Shown piece after piece: positions 1 to 13,006 of a stretch of 64,000 nucleotides of DNA. This DNA is from Mobula hypostoma. Lineage: Eukaryota. Below the pieces are notes generated by a model. It saw only the letters and a list, made by a program, of their open reading frames with translations, made no database searches and was not told the DNA's origin. The position numbers were made by a program, and so were the translations under genes. Numbering within the stretch: position 1 is the first letter of the stretch; every line of letters begins with the position of its first letter. Location of the stretch: NCBI RefSeq assembly GCF_963921235.1, contig NC_086108.1, positions 8,618,001 to 8,682,000 on the forward strand, in the 5' to 3' direction.

Positions 1-570
1 GAGAAAGCAGGATCTCCCAGTGGCCACACATTTTAATTCCACATCCCATTCCCATTCTGACATGTCTGTCCACGGCCTCCTCTACTGTGGAGATGAAGCC
101 ACACTCAGGTTGGAGGAACAACACCTTATATTGCGTCTGGGTAGCCTCCAACCTGATGGCATGAACATCGACTTCTCTAACTTCCGCTAAGGCCCCACCT
201 CCCCCTCGTACCCCATCTGTTACTCATTTTTATGCACACATTCTTTCTCTCACTCTCCTTTTTCTCCCTCTGAATATACCTCTTGCCCATCCTCTGGGTC
301 ACCCCCCCCCTTGTCTTTCTTCCCGGACCTCCTGTCCCATGATCCTCTCATATCCCCTTTTGCCTATCACCTGTCCAGCTCTTGGCTCTATCCCTCCCCC
401 TCCTGTCTTCTCCTATCATTTTGGATCTCCCCCTCCCCCTCCAACTTTCAAATCCCTTACTCACTCTTCCTTCAGTTAGTCCTGACGAAGGGTCTCGGCC
501 TGAAACGTCGACTGCACCTCTTTCTATAGATGCTGCTTGGCCTGCTGCGTTCACCAGCAACTTTGATGTA
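1..570 (+). mobile_element. Penelope-like element 3' fragment (GIY-YIG endonuclease C-terminus, pyrimidine-rich tract, pLTR tail)
   Basis: Reads ...RKQDLPVATHFNSTSHSHSDMSVHGLLYCGDEATLRLEEQHLILRLGSLQPDGMNIDFSNFR*, typical of a PLE GIY-YIG C-terminus; related copies at 33325-34230 and 37921-38515. Confidence 0.8.
478..513 (+). ncRNA. Minimal type I hammerhead ribozyme in Penelope tail
   Basis: agtc-CTGACGA-agg(gtctcgg)cct-GAAA-cGTC-gact: catalytic core, stem II, palindromic minimal stem III, stem I agtc/gact. Confidence 0.75.
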
Positions 571-939
571 TAATACTTAGACAATGCTTCCTTTTGAAAC
601 TACGTACAAACATCACACCTTTGGATTTCATCCTTCTGACGCCAACATGTCTGGGTTGGTATCCACAGTCTTTAGGAATGTAAGTTAAGTCTACGATACA
701 TTTATTTGGCATTTCCCGTGCTAACATAGAAGACAATTAATATTTATAATGTATAAGTGATACTGCCTTCGAAACTACAGCATCAGGCACCAGAAGCATC
801 TGGTATTTACACCTTTTAGGTAGCCCATTGTGGTGGACTCAATCCACAGTCCTTTGTCAAACAGTTAAAATAGAAGTCTGGTGGCCAAAGTCATTTAAAT
901 GTAAACAAATCATCTACCCAAAAAGAAATCCTCTCTAAC

Positions 940-1580
940 AGCAGCATTGGAGAGGGTCCAGAAGAGGTTCATAAGAATGATCCTAGGTTAATGTATGAGG
1001 AGCATTTGATGGCTCTCAGCTGGTCCTCGCTGGAGTTCAGAAGATTAAGGAGGTATCTCATTGAAACTTATTAAATATTGGAAGTCCTAGATAAAGTGGA
1101 TGTGGAGAGGACATCTGCTACAGTGGGTTCTAGGACCAGAGGGCACAGCCTCAGAATAGAGGGATATCCATTTAGAACAGAGATGAGGAGGAATTTCTTT
1201 AGCCAGAGGGTGGAGAATCTGTGAAATTCATTGCTACAGGCAGCTGTGGAGGCCAGGTCATTATGTATATTTAAGGCAGAGGTTGACAGATTCTTGATTA
1301 GTCAGGGCATGAAAGGGTACAGGGAGAGGGCAGGAGATTGGGGCTAAGAGGGAAAATGGATCAGCCATGATGAAATGGCGGAGCAGCCTCGTTAACTTGA
1401 AGGCCAAATTATTGAGTATATTTAAAGAGGAGGTTGATAGGTTCTTGATTGGTAAGAGTGTCAAATGTTACAGGGAGAAGGCAGGAGAATAGCGTTGAGA
1501 GGAATAATAAATCAGCCTTGATGGAATTACAGAGCAGACTCGATAGGGTGAATGGCCTAATTCTGCTCCTGTGTCTTTCA
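940..1580 (+). mobile_element. Degenerate CR1 LINE 3' fragment(s)
   Basis: Decayed ALERVQRRF...RNFFSQRV-type sequence and CR1 3'UTR (ggcctaattctgctcct). Confidence 0.75.
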
Positions 1581-2270
1581 GTCTATAAGGCTTGTGGGTA
1601 GAACTGAATCCACAGTCAGAAATGGCCAACTCCCGCTCCAAGTTGATATGCCCACTTAGCAACCCTAGTTTGTCGCCAGTTTCACCACGGGAGACTAAGA
1701 CTTTGGGCCAGCAGGCAGTGTGCGCTGCTGTCGGAAGAAGGCCGCTGCATTCCAGCGTTATCTCACTCTCTCTCCTTGACGGAGAGTGGGAGCCTGTCAG
1801 GCCTCAAGTTTCAGGCTCAGGCAAGCGCTGCAGAAGATTGTAACATCGGAAGAGCGAGCTGCTGGTCTCCCGCTCTCGTCGTTGCAGGAGCGGTATCTTT
1901 CTCCCTCGCTGGAGAGAGAGAGAGAGAGATAGCGAGAGCCTATTTGAGATACTGAAGTGTTGGGATGGACTGTGATTTCTGATGGTCTCTAGATCAATGA
2001 CTCTTTGGGGCTTTGCTGTTGCCTGCATGGTGGGGGAGGCAGGGCTGGTGCTTCAGGAGCAAGTGGTGGGGAGGGAGGAAGGGGTATTTTGGGCTTCTGA
2101 TGTTTCTACCATTCATCCTATGGAGTTTCTTGTTTTGTGGATGTCTGAAGAGTAAGGATTTCAGTTTGTTTACTGTATACATTCTCTGATATTAAATTGA
2201 ACCATTTGAACTTGAACCATTGAACAAGTTGAACTTGGGCACCCACCTACATGCGGCTCAGGATGAAACC

Positions 2271-2745
2271 GGATTGATTCCTGGGACGGCAGGACTTTCA
2301 TATGATGAAAGACTGGATCAACTGGGCTTGTACTCGTTTGAATTTAGAAGATTGAGGGGGGATCTGATTGAAACGTATAAGATCCTAAAGGGATTGGACA
2401 GGCTAGATGCAGGAAGATTGTTCCCGATGTTGGGGAAGTCCAGAACGAGGGGTCACAGTTTGAGGATAGAGGGGAAGCCTTTTAGGACCGAGATTAGGAA
2501 AAACTTCTTCACACAGAGAGTGGTGAATCTGTGGAATTCTCTGCCACAGGAAACTGTTGAGGCCAGTTCATTGGCTATATTTAAGAGGGAGTTAGATATG
2601 GCCCTTGTGGCTACGGGGATCAGGGGGTATGGAGGGAAGGCTGGTGCAGGGTTCTGAGTTGGATGATCAGCCATGATCATACAGAATGGTGGTGCAGGCT
2701 CGAAGGGCCGAATGGCCTACTCCTGCACCTATTTTCTGTTTCTAT
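2271..2745 (+). mobile_element. Young 5'-truncated CR1 LINE 3' end
   Basis: ORF 2220-2657 (LIPGTAGLSYDERL...RKNFFTQRVVNLWNSLP) plus 3'UTR; near-identical to 13007-13482 on the - strand. Confidence 0.9.
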
Positions 2746-4251
2746 GGTAATCACACACACAAAGACCTGTACAAGGTGTCTCTGAGCATTTTACACAATG
2801 AAACACTGTTTTTTTTGATTGATTGCGATCTATTTCATTTGTTTAAAACATCTTGATTTAATTGTTGTATGGCTGGAAATGTGTACTCAAACTAGAAGCA
2901 AGAGTAGCCAGAAATCCCATCTGTTCTCTATTAAACTAAACTGCTGGTGTCACAACGCAGTCTGCTTGGCGGGTGGGGTGTGAGGGATGTTTCACAGTTT
3001 CCATCATCGAAGTCATCGCACACGCGGCCATTGAACCTGGTTAAGAAAGAGACAGTTAACCATTGGAGTTATCCATTAAAAAGCTTGGGGCAAGGGCAGA
3101 TGTGTCACCATATACTGTTCTGAGATTCACTCTCTTGCAGGCATTCACAGTAAATAGAAAGAAACACATATATAGCTATATATATATATTCCTAAGACTT
3201 TCGCACAATATTGTACAACCTTGAGTTTCATCATTTTGCGGGCATTCTCAATAAATCCATGGTAGAATGCTAACCATAATAGGATCAATGAAAGAATGCA
3301 CACAACAGAGACAGATAAACAGCCATTGTGCAAAAGACAACAAACTGCGCAAATACAAAATGAAAAGAAAAGATAAGAGTCAATAAATAAGCAATAAATA
3401 TTGAAAACATGAGATGAAAAGTCTTTGACAGTGAGTCCACAGTTTGTGGGTGAGTGGAGTTACACTCCTTGGTTTAAAAGCCGGATGGCTGAGGGGTCGT
3501 CACTGTCACTGAACGTGGTGGTGTGAGTCCTGAGGCTGTACGTGCAGAATTCAATCCACTTGGCTCCAGCAAATTTCTACAGATGTACTGTGGCAGAGCA
3601 TTCTGACTGGTTGCATCACCATCTGGTATGCAGAGGCCACTGCACAGGATCAGAAAAAGCCACAGGGAGTTGTAATCTCAGTCAGCCCCATCACGAGCTC
3701 CAGCCTCCGCGGTGTCACGGACAACTCCAAAAGGTGACACTGGAGAATGGCATCATCCATCATTAAGGACTCCCATCACCCAGCACTTGACCGTTTCTCA
3801 CTGCTACCATCAGAGAAGAGGGACAGGAGCCGGAAGAGGCACACTCAACATTTTAGGAACAGCTGTTTCCCCTCCGCCATCAGGTTTCTAAATGGACAAT
3901 GAACTCACGAGCACTAACTCACTATATTTGGTCTCTTTCTGCACCATGCATTTAACTTTGTATATTTTTTTCTTATTGTAATTTATGATGTGTTTTTAGG
4001 TATTGCATTGTACCGCTACTGCAAAGCAACAAATTTCACAGCGTCTGCCGGTGATAGTAATCTTGATTCTGGACACCACCCGGACTGGACAGCTTGTCTG
4101 GTGAGGATAGCCTGAGTGAGCTCTGCCTTTCCTCTTTGGAGAAAAGGAAGATGAGAGGTGATTTGATAGAGGTGTCCAAAATGATACGAGACACAGATCG
4201 AGAGGACAGCCAGAGACTTTTTCCCGGGTGGAAATGGACAATACCAGGGAG

Positions 4252-4432
4252 CAACACACATCAAAGTTGCTGGTGAACGCAGCAGGCCAGGCAGCATCTC
4301 TAGGAAGAGGTACAGTCGACGTTTCGGGCCGAGACCCTTCGTCCTGACCTGGCCTGCTGCGTTCACCAGCGACTTTGATGTGTGTTGCTTGAATTTCCAG
4401 CATCTGCAGAATTCCTGTTGTTTGCGTTTTTA
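4252..4432. mobile_element. Penelope tail micro-insertion with inverted arms, inside a CR1 fragment
   Basis: 41-bp inverted repeat 4251-4291 / 4348-4388 (1 mismatch); flanking direct repeat aataccagggag (4240-4251) / aataccaaggag (4433-4444). Confidence 0.75.
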
Positions 4433-5974
4433 AATACCAAGGAGTGTAATTTTAAGGTGATTGGAGGAAAGTATATGGGAGTGTCAGAGGTAAGATTTTT
4501 CCACACAGTATTGAATGCTTGGAACATGCTGCCCGGGTGCTGGTGGTGGCAGGAATGTTAGGGAGACTCTTAGAAAGAAAGATAAAGGGCTATGTAGGAG
4601 AGAAGAGTTGCATTGATCTTAGTAAGTTAATAGGTCAGCACAATCTGTTGGGCCGAAGGGCCTATATATCTGCTCAATATTCTGAAATAATACAGAACAT
4701 TACAATGGTGTAGCAAGTAGACCACTACCTCCTCACAGCCTGTCCTGATTGGCTACCCCTTCAGTTGACCTTTGAATTCTATTGGCTCGCACTTCTTCAG
4801 CTCTTAGGGGTTCGTAGATGGCATCTATTTCATGCTTCTAAAATTTCTTGGAGCTGCTTCGTGTTTGATGGTTTGCATCAGAAGTGAATTTCTTACTTAC
4901 TGAAGCCCCATCACTTCTACTGCGGCATCGGCTACCGACGGCAGTTCGCCAGAGTCCTCTACTCTGGGCCAGTCTTTCACGTCGTCTCCACGTGTAGCCC
5001 ATCGAAAATTCTCTCCAGGGATGAAGTCTTTGGAGCTGTTATTAGTTTCTCTGTAGAACACAGAACATAGGATAGCACAGTCCTGAACAGGCCCTTTAGC
5101 TGAACCAGCTAAAAAGCAAATCAAAAACGCACAAACACTAATCCTTCCTACCTGCACCATGTCCATATCCCTCCATCTTCCTCACATCCATGTGTCTAGC
5201 CAAATATCTCTTAAAAGTCTCTCATGTATTTGCCTCCACCACCATATCAGTCAGCACATTCCAGACATCCACCACTCTCTGAGTAAAAAAACTTACCCCT
5301 CACAATTTGCTGCAAGAACTCAGTGGGTCGAGCAGCATCTGTGGGGGTTGGAGGGATTGCCGACGTTTTGGATTGAAAGGCTGACAATTCCTTCCCTCTC
5401 CATCCCAACAGATACTGCTCAGCCCACTGAGTTCTTGCAGCAGATCGCGCATCGCTTCAGATGCCCGCCCGGAGTCTGCCGTATCGCGCCGAAAGGTGAC
5501 AGCGTTGCAGCGCTAGTGACCTGGGTTCGATTCCGCTGCTGTCTGTAATAAGTTTGTGTGTTCTCCCCGTGACCGTGTGGGCTTGTTCTGCGTGCTCTGT
5601 ATTTCACTGTAGGACTTGATGTTTCACTCATATCCTATTTGTGTGCATGCTTGTATGTGTGAGGATTAGGCCTCAGACAGCGATGTTCTCATTATTTATT
5701 GCTTTTTATTTATATTTCCCCCGTGCATAGTTTGTTGTCTTCTGCACTCTGGTTGATTTTTCATTGATCTTGTTATAGTCACTCTTCTGTAGATTTGCTG
5801 AGTTTGCCCACAGGAAAATGAATGACAGGGTTGTAAATGGTGACATATACGTACTTTGATAATAAAAATTACTTTGCCACGCGGATACGTAACATTGTAT
5901 TCGTGCAGAAGGAGAGTGATGTGGGTCTCGGTTACCCGCTAGAAGCTTAGGTATGATCCCAAGACTCCAGGTAA

Positions 5975-6754
5975 CACTGGACAACAAATTTTTCTCAAGT
6001 GGTGCCTTCTCAGATTTTTTTTTCTCTGATAGACTACTTGAAGCTGAACACAAATATACTTCCAGGCTCCTTGTATCATGTAGGAATTTGGAGAAACAAG
6101 CAATTAACTTTTATTGAATATAATCCATTTAATTGCATAACGGTGCTCATGCTTTGCAATATTTTAAATAAGCTAAAGATGTTTTGTTAATGTTTTTCAT
6201 TTGTGCTCAGTGTCTGGTCCAACAATAATCAGCGAGCTTTGATATATTCCAGTTGCCCTGATACTGTTTCTCCATGATGGCAGTGTCCTGGTGAAACCTT
6301 TCACCATGCTCGTCACTGACAGTGCCAAGATTGGCAGTGAAGAAGTCTAAATGGGAATGCAGAAAATGAATCTTTAGTGACATGTTGCACGTCACAGTTT
6401 TATATGCTTGAAGCATGTTGTCAACCAGCTGCATGTAGTTTGATGCTGTGTAGTTGCCAAGAAAACTTTCAACAACATCTTGAATGCCTTCCATGAAATG
6501 TTCTCTGGTCCCACTAGAAGTTCTTCAAATTGCCTGTCATTGATGACCTGTTTGATTTGTGGACCAACAAAAATGCTTTCTTTGATCTTGGCATCAGTTA
6601 TTCTCACTTCAATTATGAACTGAAATAGCAAATATTGGTGATTAAAAATATAGTGTGTGATCAGGAAATTTCATTGTGATTTTCAAGATCAGCAGTCCAA
6701 AATCCATCGGTACACCCTTAAGTATTCAGGAAGCAAAATCTTTGTTGCCCAATG
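5975..6754 (-). mobile_element. Internally deleted Chapaev3-like (CMC) DNA transposon with transposase C-terminal remnant
   Basis: TIRs cactggacaacaaa / tttgttgcccaatg; flanks taa/tga; minus-strand ORFs 6207-6631 with MSLKIHFLHSHLDFF..NLG.VSDEHGERFHQD...YQG.W....ADYCW. Confidence 0.7.
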
Positions 6755-6870
6755 TGATTTGTTGCAAAATCTTTTGGGGGTTCTGGTCTGGGTGACCCTG
6801 AGGTGAATTCCCAGGGATTGTGGGAAGGGGGCAAACAGAACAAGGCTAAGTTGAATTTTTCTCTCTGCAG

Positions 6871-6951
6871 ACAGACAAGATGCCAGAGGAGGTGAACATC
6901 GATGATCTGTTGGACCTACAGAGTGACGAGGAGCGAGGAAATTATCTGCAG
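6871..6951 (+). CDS. ppp1r14a: PPP1R14-family PP1 inhibitor (CPI-17-like), internal exon 2: TDKMPEEVNIDDLLDLQSDEERGNYLQ
   Basis: Acceptor ttttctctctgcag, donor CAG|gtcagg; 81 nt, phase 0/0; resembles CPI-17 EADMPDEINIDELLELESEEERSRKIQ (27 aa exon). Confidence 0.9.
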
Positions 6952-7066
6952 GTCAGGCACTCAGTCCGTCCCTCTTGGCAGGCAGGGTGGTGGGTTGGGG
7001 CTGGTTTATTTTTGAGGACTGACCACTCATTAATTGAATCTCTAAGTATCACACTTTATTTTACAG

Positions 7067-7099
7067 ATTATGTTTACCTCCTGTGGCCAAAACACAGAA
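7067..7099 (+). CDS. ppp1r14a: PPP1R14A-like exon 3: IMFTSCGQNTE
   Basis: Acceptor ctttattttacag, donor GAA|gtaagt; 33 nt, phase 0/0; resembles CPI-17 GLLKSCGKPVE. Confidence 0.85.
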
Positions 7100-7579
7100 G
7101 TAAGTATTCCAACAATAACTCTGTTTCTTAGCAACACTACACTCTTCTGTAACTTGTCCCAGTGCTACAACCCTGGAGCATTATTCTTTGATGTAAAGGG
7201 TATGAAGTTTAAAATTAGCTAAGTTTTGATGCAACTTCATAGGGCTGTGGTGAGACTGCATCAGCCCTGATCTCTTTGCAATTCCGTATTCTTAGTATTT
7301 AAAGTTCAAAATAAATTTATTATTCAAGTCCTTATATGTCCCCACATACAACCCTGAGTTTCACTTTCCTGCAGGCAAACTCTACAAATCTGTAGAATAG
7401 TAACTCTAACAGGATCAATGACAGATAAACCAGAGTGCAGAAGGCAACAAACTGTGTAAATGCAAATATAAATAAATAGCAATAAATAATGAGAACATGA
7501 GATAATGAGATAAGGAGTTTCTAAAGTGAAATCATTGGTTGTGGGAACAACTCAATAGATGGACAAGTGAGTGAACTAA

Positions 7580-9868
7580 GTGTTCGGGAGCACTTCGGGT
7601 CCAGTGATCACAATGCTATTAGTTTCAATATAATTCTGGAGAAGGATAGGTCTGGACCCAGGGTTGAGATTTTTGATTAGAGAAAGGCTAACTTTGAGGA
7701 GATGCGAAAGGATTTAGGAGGAGTGGATTGGGACAATTTGTTTTATGGGAAGAATGTAATAGAGAAATGGAGGTCATTTAAAGGTGAAGTTTTGAGAGTA
7801 CAGAATCTTTATGTTCCTGTTAGGTTGAAAGGAAAGGTTAAAAGTTTGAGAGAGCCATGGTTTTCAAGGGATATTGGAAACTTGGTTCGAAAAAAGAGAG
7901 ATATCTACAATAAATATAGGCAGCGTGGAGTAAATGAGGTGCTCAAGGAATATAAAGAATATAAAAAGAATCTTAAGAAAGAAATTAGAAAATCTGAAAG
8001 AAGATATGAGGCTGCTTTGGCAAGTAAGGTGAAAATAAATCCCAAGGGTTTCTACAGTTATATTAATAACAAAAGGATAGTGATGGATAAAATTGGTCCC
8101 TTAGAGAATCAGAGTGGACAGCTATGTGTGGAGCCAAAAGAGATGGGGGAGATTCTGAACAATTTCTTTTCTTCAGTATTCACTAAGGAGAAGGATATTG
8201 AATTGTGTAAGGTAAGGGAAACAGGTAGGAAAGTTACGGAAACTATGATGATTAAAGAAGAGGAAGTACTGGAGCTTTTAAGGAATATAGCAGTGGATAA
8301 GTCTCCGGGTCCTGACAGGATATTCCCTAGGACCTTGAGGGAAGTTAGTGTGGAAATAGCAGGGGCTCTGACAGAAATATTTCAAATGTCATTAGAAACG
8401 GGGATGGTGCCGGAAGATTGGCGTATTGCTCATATTGTTCCATTGTTTAAAAAAGGTTCTAAGAGTAAACCTAGCAATTATTGGCCTGTGAGTTTGACGT
8501 CAGTGGTGGGTAATTTGATGGAAAGTATTCTTAGAGATGGTATATATAATTTTCTGGATAGACAGGGTCTGATTAGGAACAGTCAACATGGATTTGTGCA
8601 TGGAAGGTCATGTTTGACAAATCTTATTGAATTTTTTGAAGAGGTTACTAGGAAAGTTGACGAGGGTAAAGCGGTGGATGTTGTCTATATGGATTTCAGT
8701 AAGGCCTTTGACAAGGTCCCATGTGGAAGGTTGGTTAGGAAGGTTCAATCGTTAGGTATTAATATTGAATATTAAAAATGGATTCAGCAGTGGCTGGATG
8801 GGAGACGCCAGAGAGTGGTGATGGATAACTGTTTGTCAGATTGGAGGCCGATGACTAGTGGTGTGCCTCAGGGATCTGTACTGGGTCCAATGTTATTTGT
8901 CATATACATTAATGATCTGGATATACATTAATAAGGGGTGGTAAATTGGATGAGTGAGTATGCAGATGATACTAAGATAGGTGGAGTTGTGGATAATGAA
9001 GTAGGTTTTCAAAGCATGCAGAGAGATTTAGGCCAGTTAGAAGAGTGGGCTGAAAGATGGCAGATGGAGTTTAATGCTGATAAATGTGAGGTGCTACATT
9101 TTGGTAGGACTAATCAAAATAGGACATACATGGTAAATGGTAGGGCATTGAAGAATGCAGTAAAACAGAGGGATCTAGGAATAATGGTGTATAGTTCCCT
9201 AAAGGTGGAATCTCATGTGGATAGGGTGGTGAAGAAAGCTTTTGGTATGCTGGCCTTTATAAATCAGAGCATTGAGTATAAGAGTTGGGATGTAATGTTG
9301 AAATTGTACAAGGCATTGGTAAGGCCAAATTTGGAGTATTGTGTACAGTTTTGGTCACCGAATTATAGGAAAGATGTCAACAAAATAGAGAGAGTACAGA
9401 GAAGATTTACTAGAATGGTACCTGGGTTTCATCACCTAAGTTACAGAGAAAGGTTGAACAAGTTGGGTCTTTATTCTTTGGAGCATAGAAGGTTGAGAGG
9501 GAATTTGATAGAGGTATTTAAAATTATGAGGGGGATAGATAGAGTTGACGTGGATAGGCTTTTTCCATTGAGAGTGGAACAAGAGGACATGAGTTGAGAG
9601 TTAAAGGGGAAAAGTTTAGGGGTAACATGAGGGGGAACTTCTTTACTCAGAGAGTGGTGGCTGTGTGGAACGAGCTTCCAGCAGAAGTGGTTGAGGCAGA
9701 TTTGATGTTGTGCTTAAAGTCAAATTGGATAGATATATGGACAGGAAAGGAATGGAGGGTTATGGACTGAGTGCAGGTCGGTGGGACTAGGTGAGAGTAG
9801 GAGTTCGGCACGGACTAGACGGGCCGAGATGGCCTGTTTCCGTGCTGTAATTGTTACATGGTTATATA
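7580..9868 (+). mobile_element. 5'-truncated CR1 LINE ORF2 (RT), with frameshifts and stops
   Basis: ORFs 7702-8775 and 8938-9597: KSPGPD, SQHGF, YMDFSKAFDKV, YADDTK; 3' tail; splits another repeat that resumes at ~9870. Confidence 0.92.
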
Positions 9869-11499
9869 ACTTATACCCTTATGCTCAAGGGCCTGATGGT
9901 TGAGGGGTAGTAACTGTTCCTGAACCTGGTGGTGTGAGTCCTGAGGCTCTTGCACCTTCTACCTGATGGCAGCAGCGAGAAAATAGCACAATCTGGGTGT
10001 TGGGGATCTCTGATGATGGGTGCTGCTTTCCTATGACAGTGTTTCATGTAGATCTGCTCAATGGCGGGGAGGCCTTTACCCGTGACGTACTGGGCAGAAT
10101 CTGCTACTTTTTTAGGATTTTCCATTGAAGGGCATTGATGTTTCCATACCAAGCTGTGATGCAGCCAGTCAACATACCAAATCCTCTCAAGCTCCTAAGG
10201 AAGTAGAGGTGCTGCTGTGCTTTTTTATTATTGCATTTATCTGCTGGGTCCCCGACAGACCCTCTGAATAGTAACACCCAGGAATTTAAAGTTGCTGACC
10301 CTGTCCATCTCTGATCCTCGGATGATTACTGGCTCATGGACCTCTGGCTTCCCTCTTCAGAAGTCTACCATCAGTTGCTTTTATTTGCAAGGTTTGTCTT
10401 TTTCACATTTGTTGCTTGTCAGTCTTCAAGGATTCACGGTTCATATGCAGTATACTTCCCTGGGAGCTGTCGTCCTCACAAAACAAGCAAAGCCATGGAA
10501 TACGTTGAAAGAGATACATCCCACCCCCACCCTCGCAAAAAAACAAATTGTGCAAAGTAGCAAGAAAATCATGAGTGAAAACGGCGAATATAGAAACACC
10601 AAGTTGAAAGAACCCATATTCAGCTCTGCTCAGTGTTCATTATCTGCAGGCCGCCCCAATCCTAAAGTTGCACAAAAATAGCAAAAGGAAAAGAAATGAC
10701 CAGTAACACATCATAATGTGAACTACAGTCCAATCCACAAACCACGCCAATAAACCTTGCTCCAGCACCATCGAGGGACAGAGACCATTGGAACGCCGGG
10801 ACCTTCCTTTGGGAGCAGTGAGAGAGAGGGAGAGAGAGACTGTCACATGTAGCCACCCTCCTTCGGCAGCAGAGAGCCAGAGGCGGGTAGACAGTGTTGA
10901 ACACTCACCTCAGTGATGTCAATCTCCCTCTGTGCTTTAATCAATGAGATGGGCAAGAGATCGAGTCAATCATGGGCTTTATTTGTAGATTTTTGTAAAA
11001 TCTATCATATTTCTTTATTTTCCTGTAACTGCCTTCAAGAAAGTGAATCTCGAGGCAGTATATGATAATAAATACATACTCGGGTAATATGTTTTACTCT
11101 GACTTTGACCATCAGGCCCTCAAAACGGCATAGATAACTTCACTCACCTCAACTCTGAACTGATTCTGTGACCCACAGACTCACTTGCAAGAACTCCTAG
11201 TAACTCATGTTCTCAGTATTATTTATTTTTTATTTGTAGAGTTTCTCTTTTTTTGCACATTGGTTGTTTGGCGGTCTTTGTCTGCTTTTGTAAATTCGAA
11301 TTATATTTCTTTTTTCCTGTAAATGGCTGCAAGAACGTGAACCTTGAGGTAGTATATGGTAACATTCAGTGACCTCTTTTGCAAAGGTCATCGGCGCGCG
11401 TTGCTGCTGCCACAAAGGAAAAGCAAACCATGATGTGAGTGATGATAAACCTGGTTCTGATATGGGTCTCTATTGTGGACTGAGAGTGGGAAGAGGGCA

Positions 11500-12135
11500 G
11501 GGAGAGGCATATAACAAAGGACACGCCTTTCAGCCCATGATGTTGTGTTGGCTTTTTACTCTAAGATCAATCTAACCATTTCCTCCTGCATACCCTCTAT
11601 TCTTCTTTTATCCATGTGTCTATCTAAAAGTTTCTTAAATGCCATTAATGTATATGCTTCTACCCCCACCACTGGCAGTGCATTCCACGTACCCGCGACT
11701 CTGTGTAGATAATCTGTCTCTGATATCTCCCCTGTTCTTTCCTCCAGTCACCTTAAAACTGTGTCCCCTCATACAAGCCATTTCCCTTTGGGACAAAGTC
11801 TCTGGCCGTCCACTTGATTTGTTCCTCTTATCATTTTGTATATCTCCATAAAGTCACCTCTCATCCTCTTTTGCTTCAAAGAGGAAAGCCTTAGTTTGCT
11901 CGACCCATTGTCATAAGACATGCCCTCCAAACCAGGCAGCATCCTGGTAAATCTCCTCTGCAGCCTCTCTAAAGCTTCCACATCCTTCCAATAATGAGGT
12001 GACCAGAACTGAACACAATACTCTCAAGTGTGGACTAACCAGGGTTGTATAGACTGGTAACGTTACCATGTGGCTCCTGAAGTCAATTCCCCGACTAATG
12101 AAGGCCAACACACCACACACCTTCTTAACCACCCA
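11500..12135 (-). mobile_element. Degenerate CR1 LINE 3' fragment
   Basis: Minus ORFs 11769-11981 and 11911-12132 (ALERLQRRFTRMLPGL). Confidence 0.8.
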
Positions 12136-12659
12136 ATCATGCCGTGTATCAGTTGGACGTGACTTGATTTCTTTGGTGGCTGGAGCTGGGCTTTATTTGA
12201 TGATGCCCTTGAGATATCAAAAAAAGTTCAAGAACAAAGTTCGTAAGTAAATTTTATTTTCAGAGGACCTGTATACGTCCCCATGTACAACCCTGAGATT
12301 CATTTTCCTGCGGGCATACTCAGCAAATCTACAGAATAGTAACTATAACAGGATCAATGAAAGATCAACCAGAGTGCAGAAAACAGCAAACTGCGCAAAT
12401 GCAAATATAAATAGCAGGAACTTCAGATAATGAGATAAAGAATCCTTAAAGTGAGATCATTGGTTGTGGGAACATTTCAGTGATGGGACAAATGAGCGTA
12501 GTTATCCCCTCTGGTGCCTTGGGGGCCTTGCGTGGCCCTGTGGACATGAATTCTTGCCGGTGTCGTGAACTGAAGCATAGCGGGAGCCGGAACATCGATG
12601 ACAGCGCGAGTGGCTGGCACAAGGATCTGCACTCAGTGATTGATCTATCTATCTATCCG

Positions 12660-12694
<35 letters not shown>

Positions 12695-13006
12695 CTCTCT
12701 CTCTCTCCGACTCTCGAGCAGGGAGACTCCAAATAAAAGCAACGCTCCAGAATGACTGTTGTCTCCCCTGTCGCTACGGAAGGAGCGATATCCATCTCTC
12801 CCTAGTTGGTGACGTTGAAACGTTGCAGTGGACAGTTAGTTTTGGATGGACTGTAGACCATGGTTTCTGTTCGGGGGCTTTGCTGTTGCTGGCAGGGTGG
12901 GAGGTGGGAATGCTGATGCCCAATGCTGGAATAAGTTGGGGGAGGGGGCAGGGTAGGTGCTGTTTGTGCATGGGGAGGAGGCAGGGTTATTGGGGTTCTT
13001 AGGTTT

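Noticed and set aside
5419..5631. TVKY in a minus-strand ORF as the CPI-17 exon 1 phosphorylation motif
   Set aside because: Wrong strand, overlaps a SINE remnant, and lacks the following DRRELQRRLDVEKWI-like sequence
6880..7131. 83-aa single-exon ORF as listed in the track
   Set aside because: It reads through the donor at 6952 into intron 2; only 6871-6951 is coding in that frame
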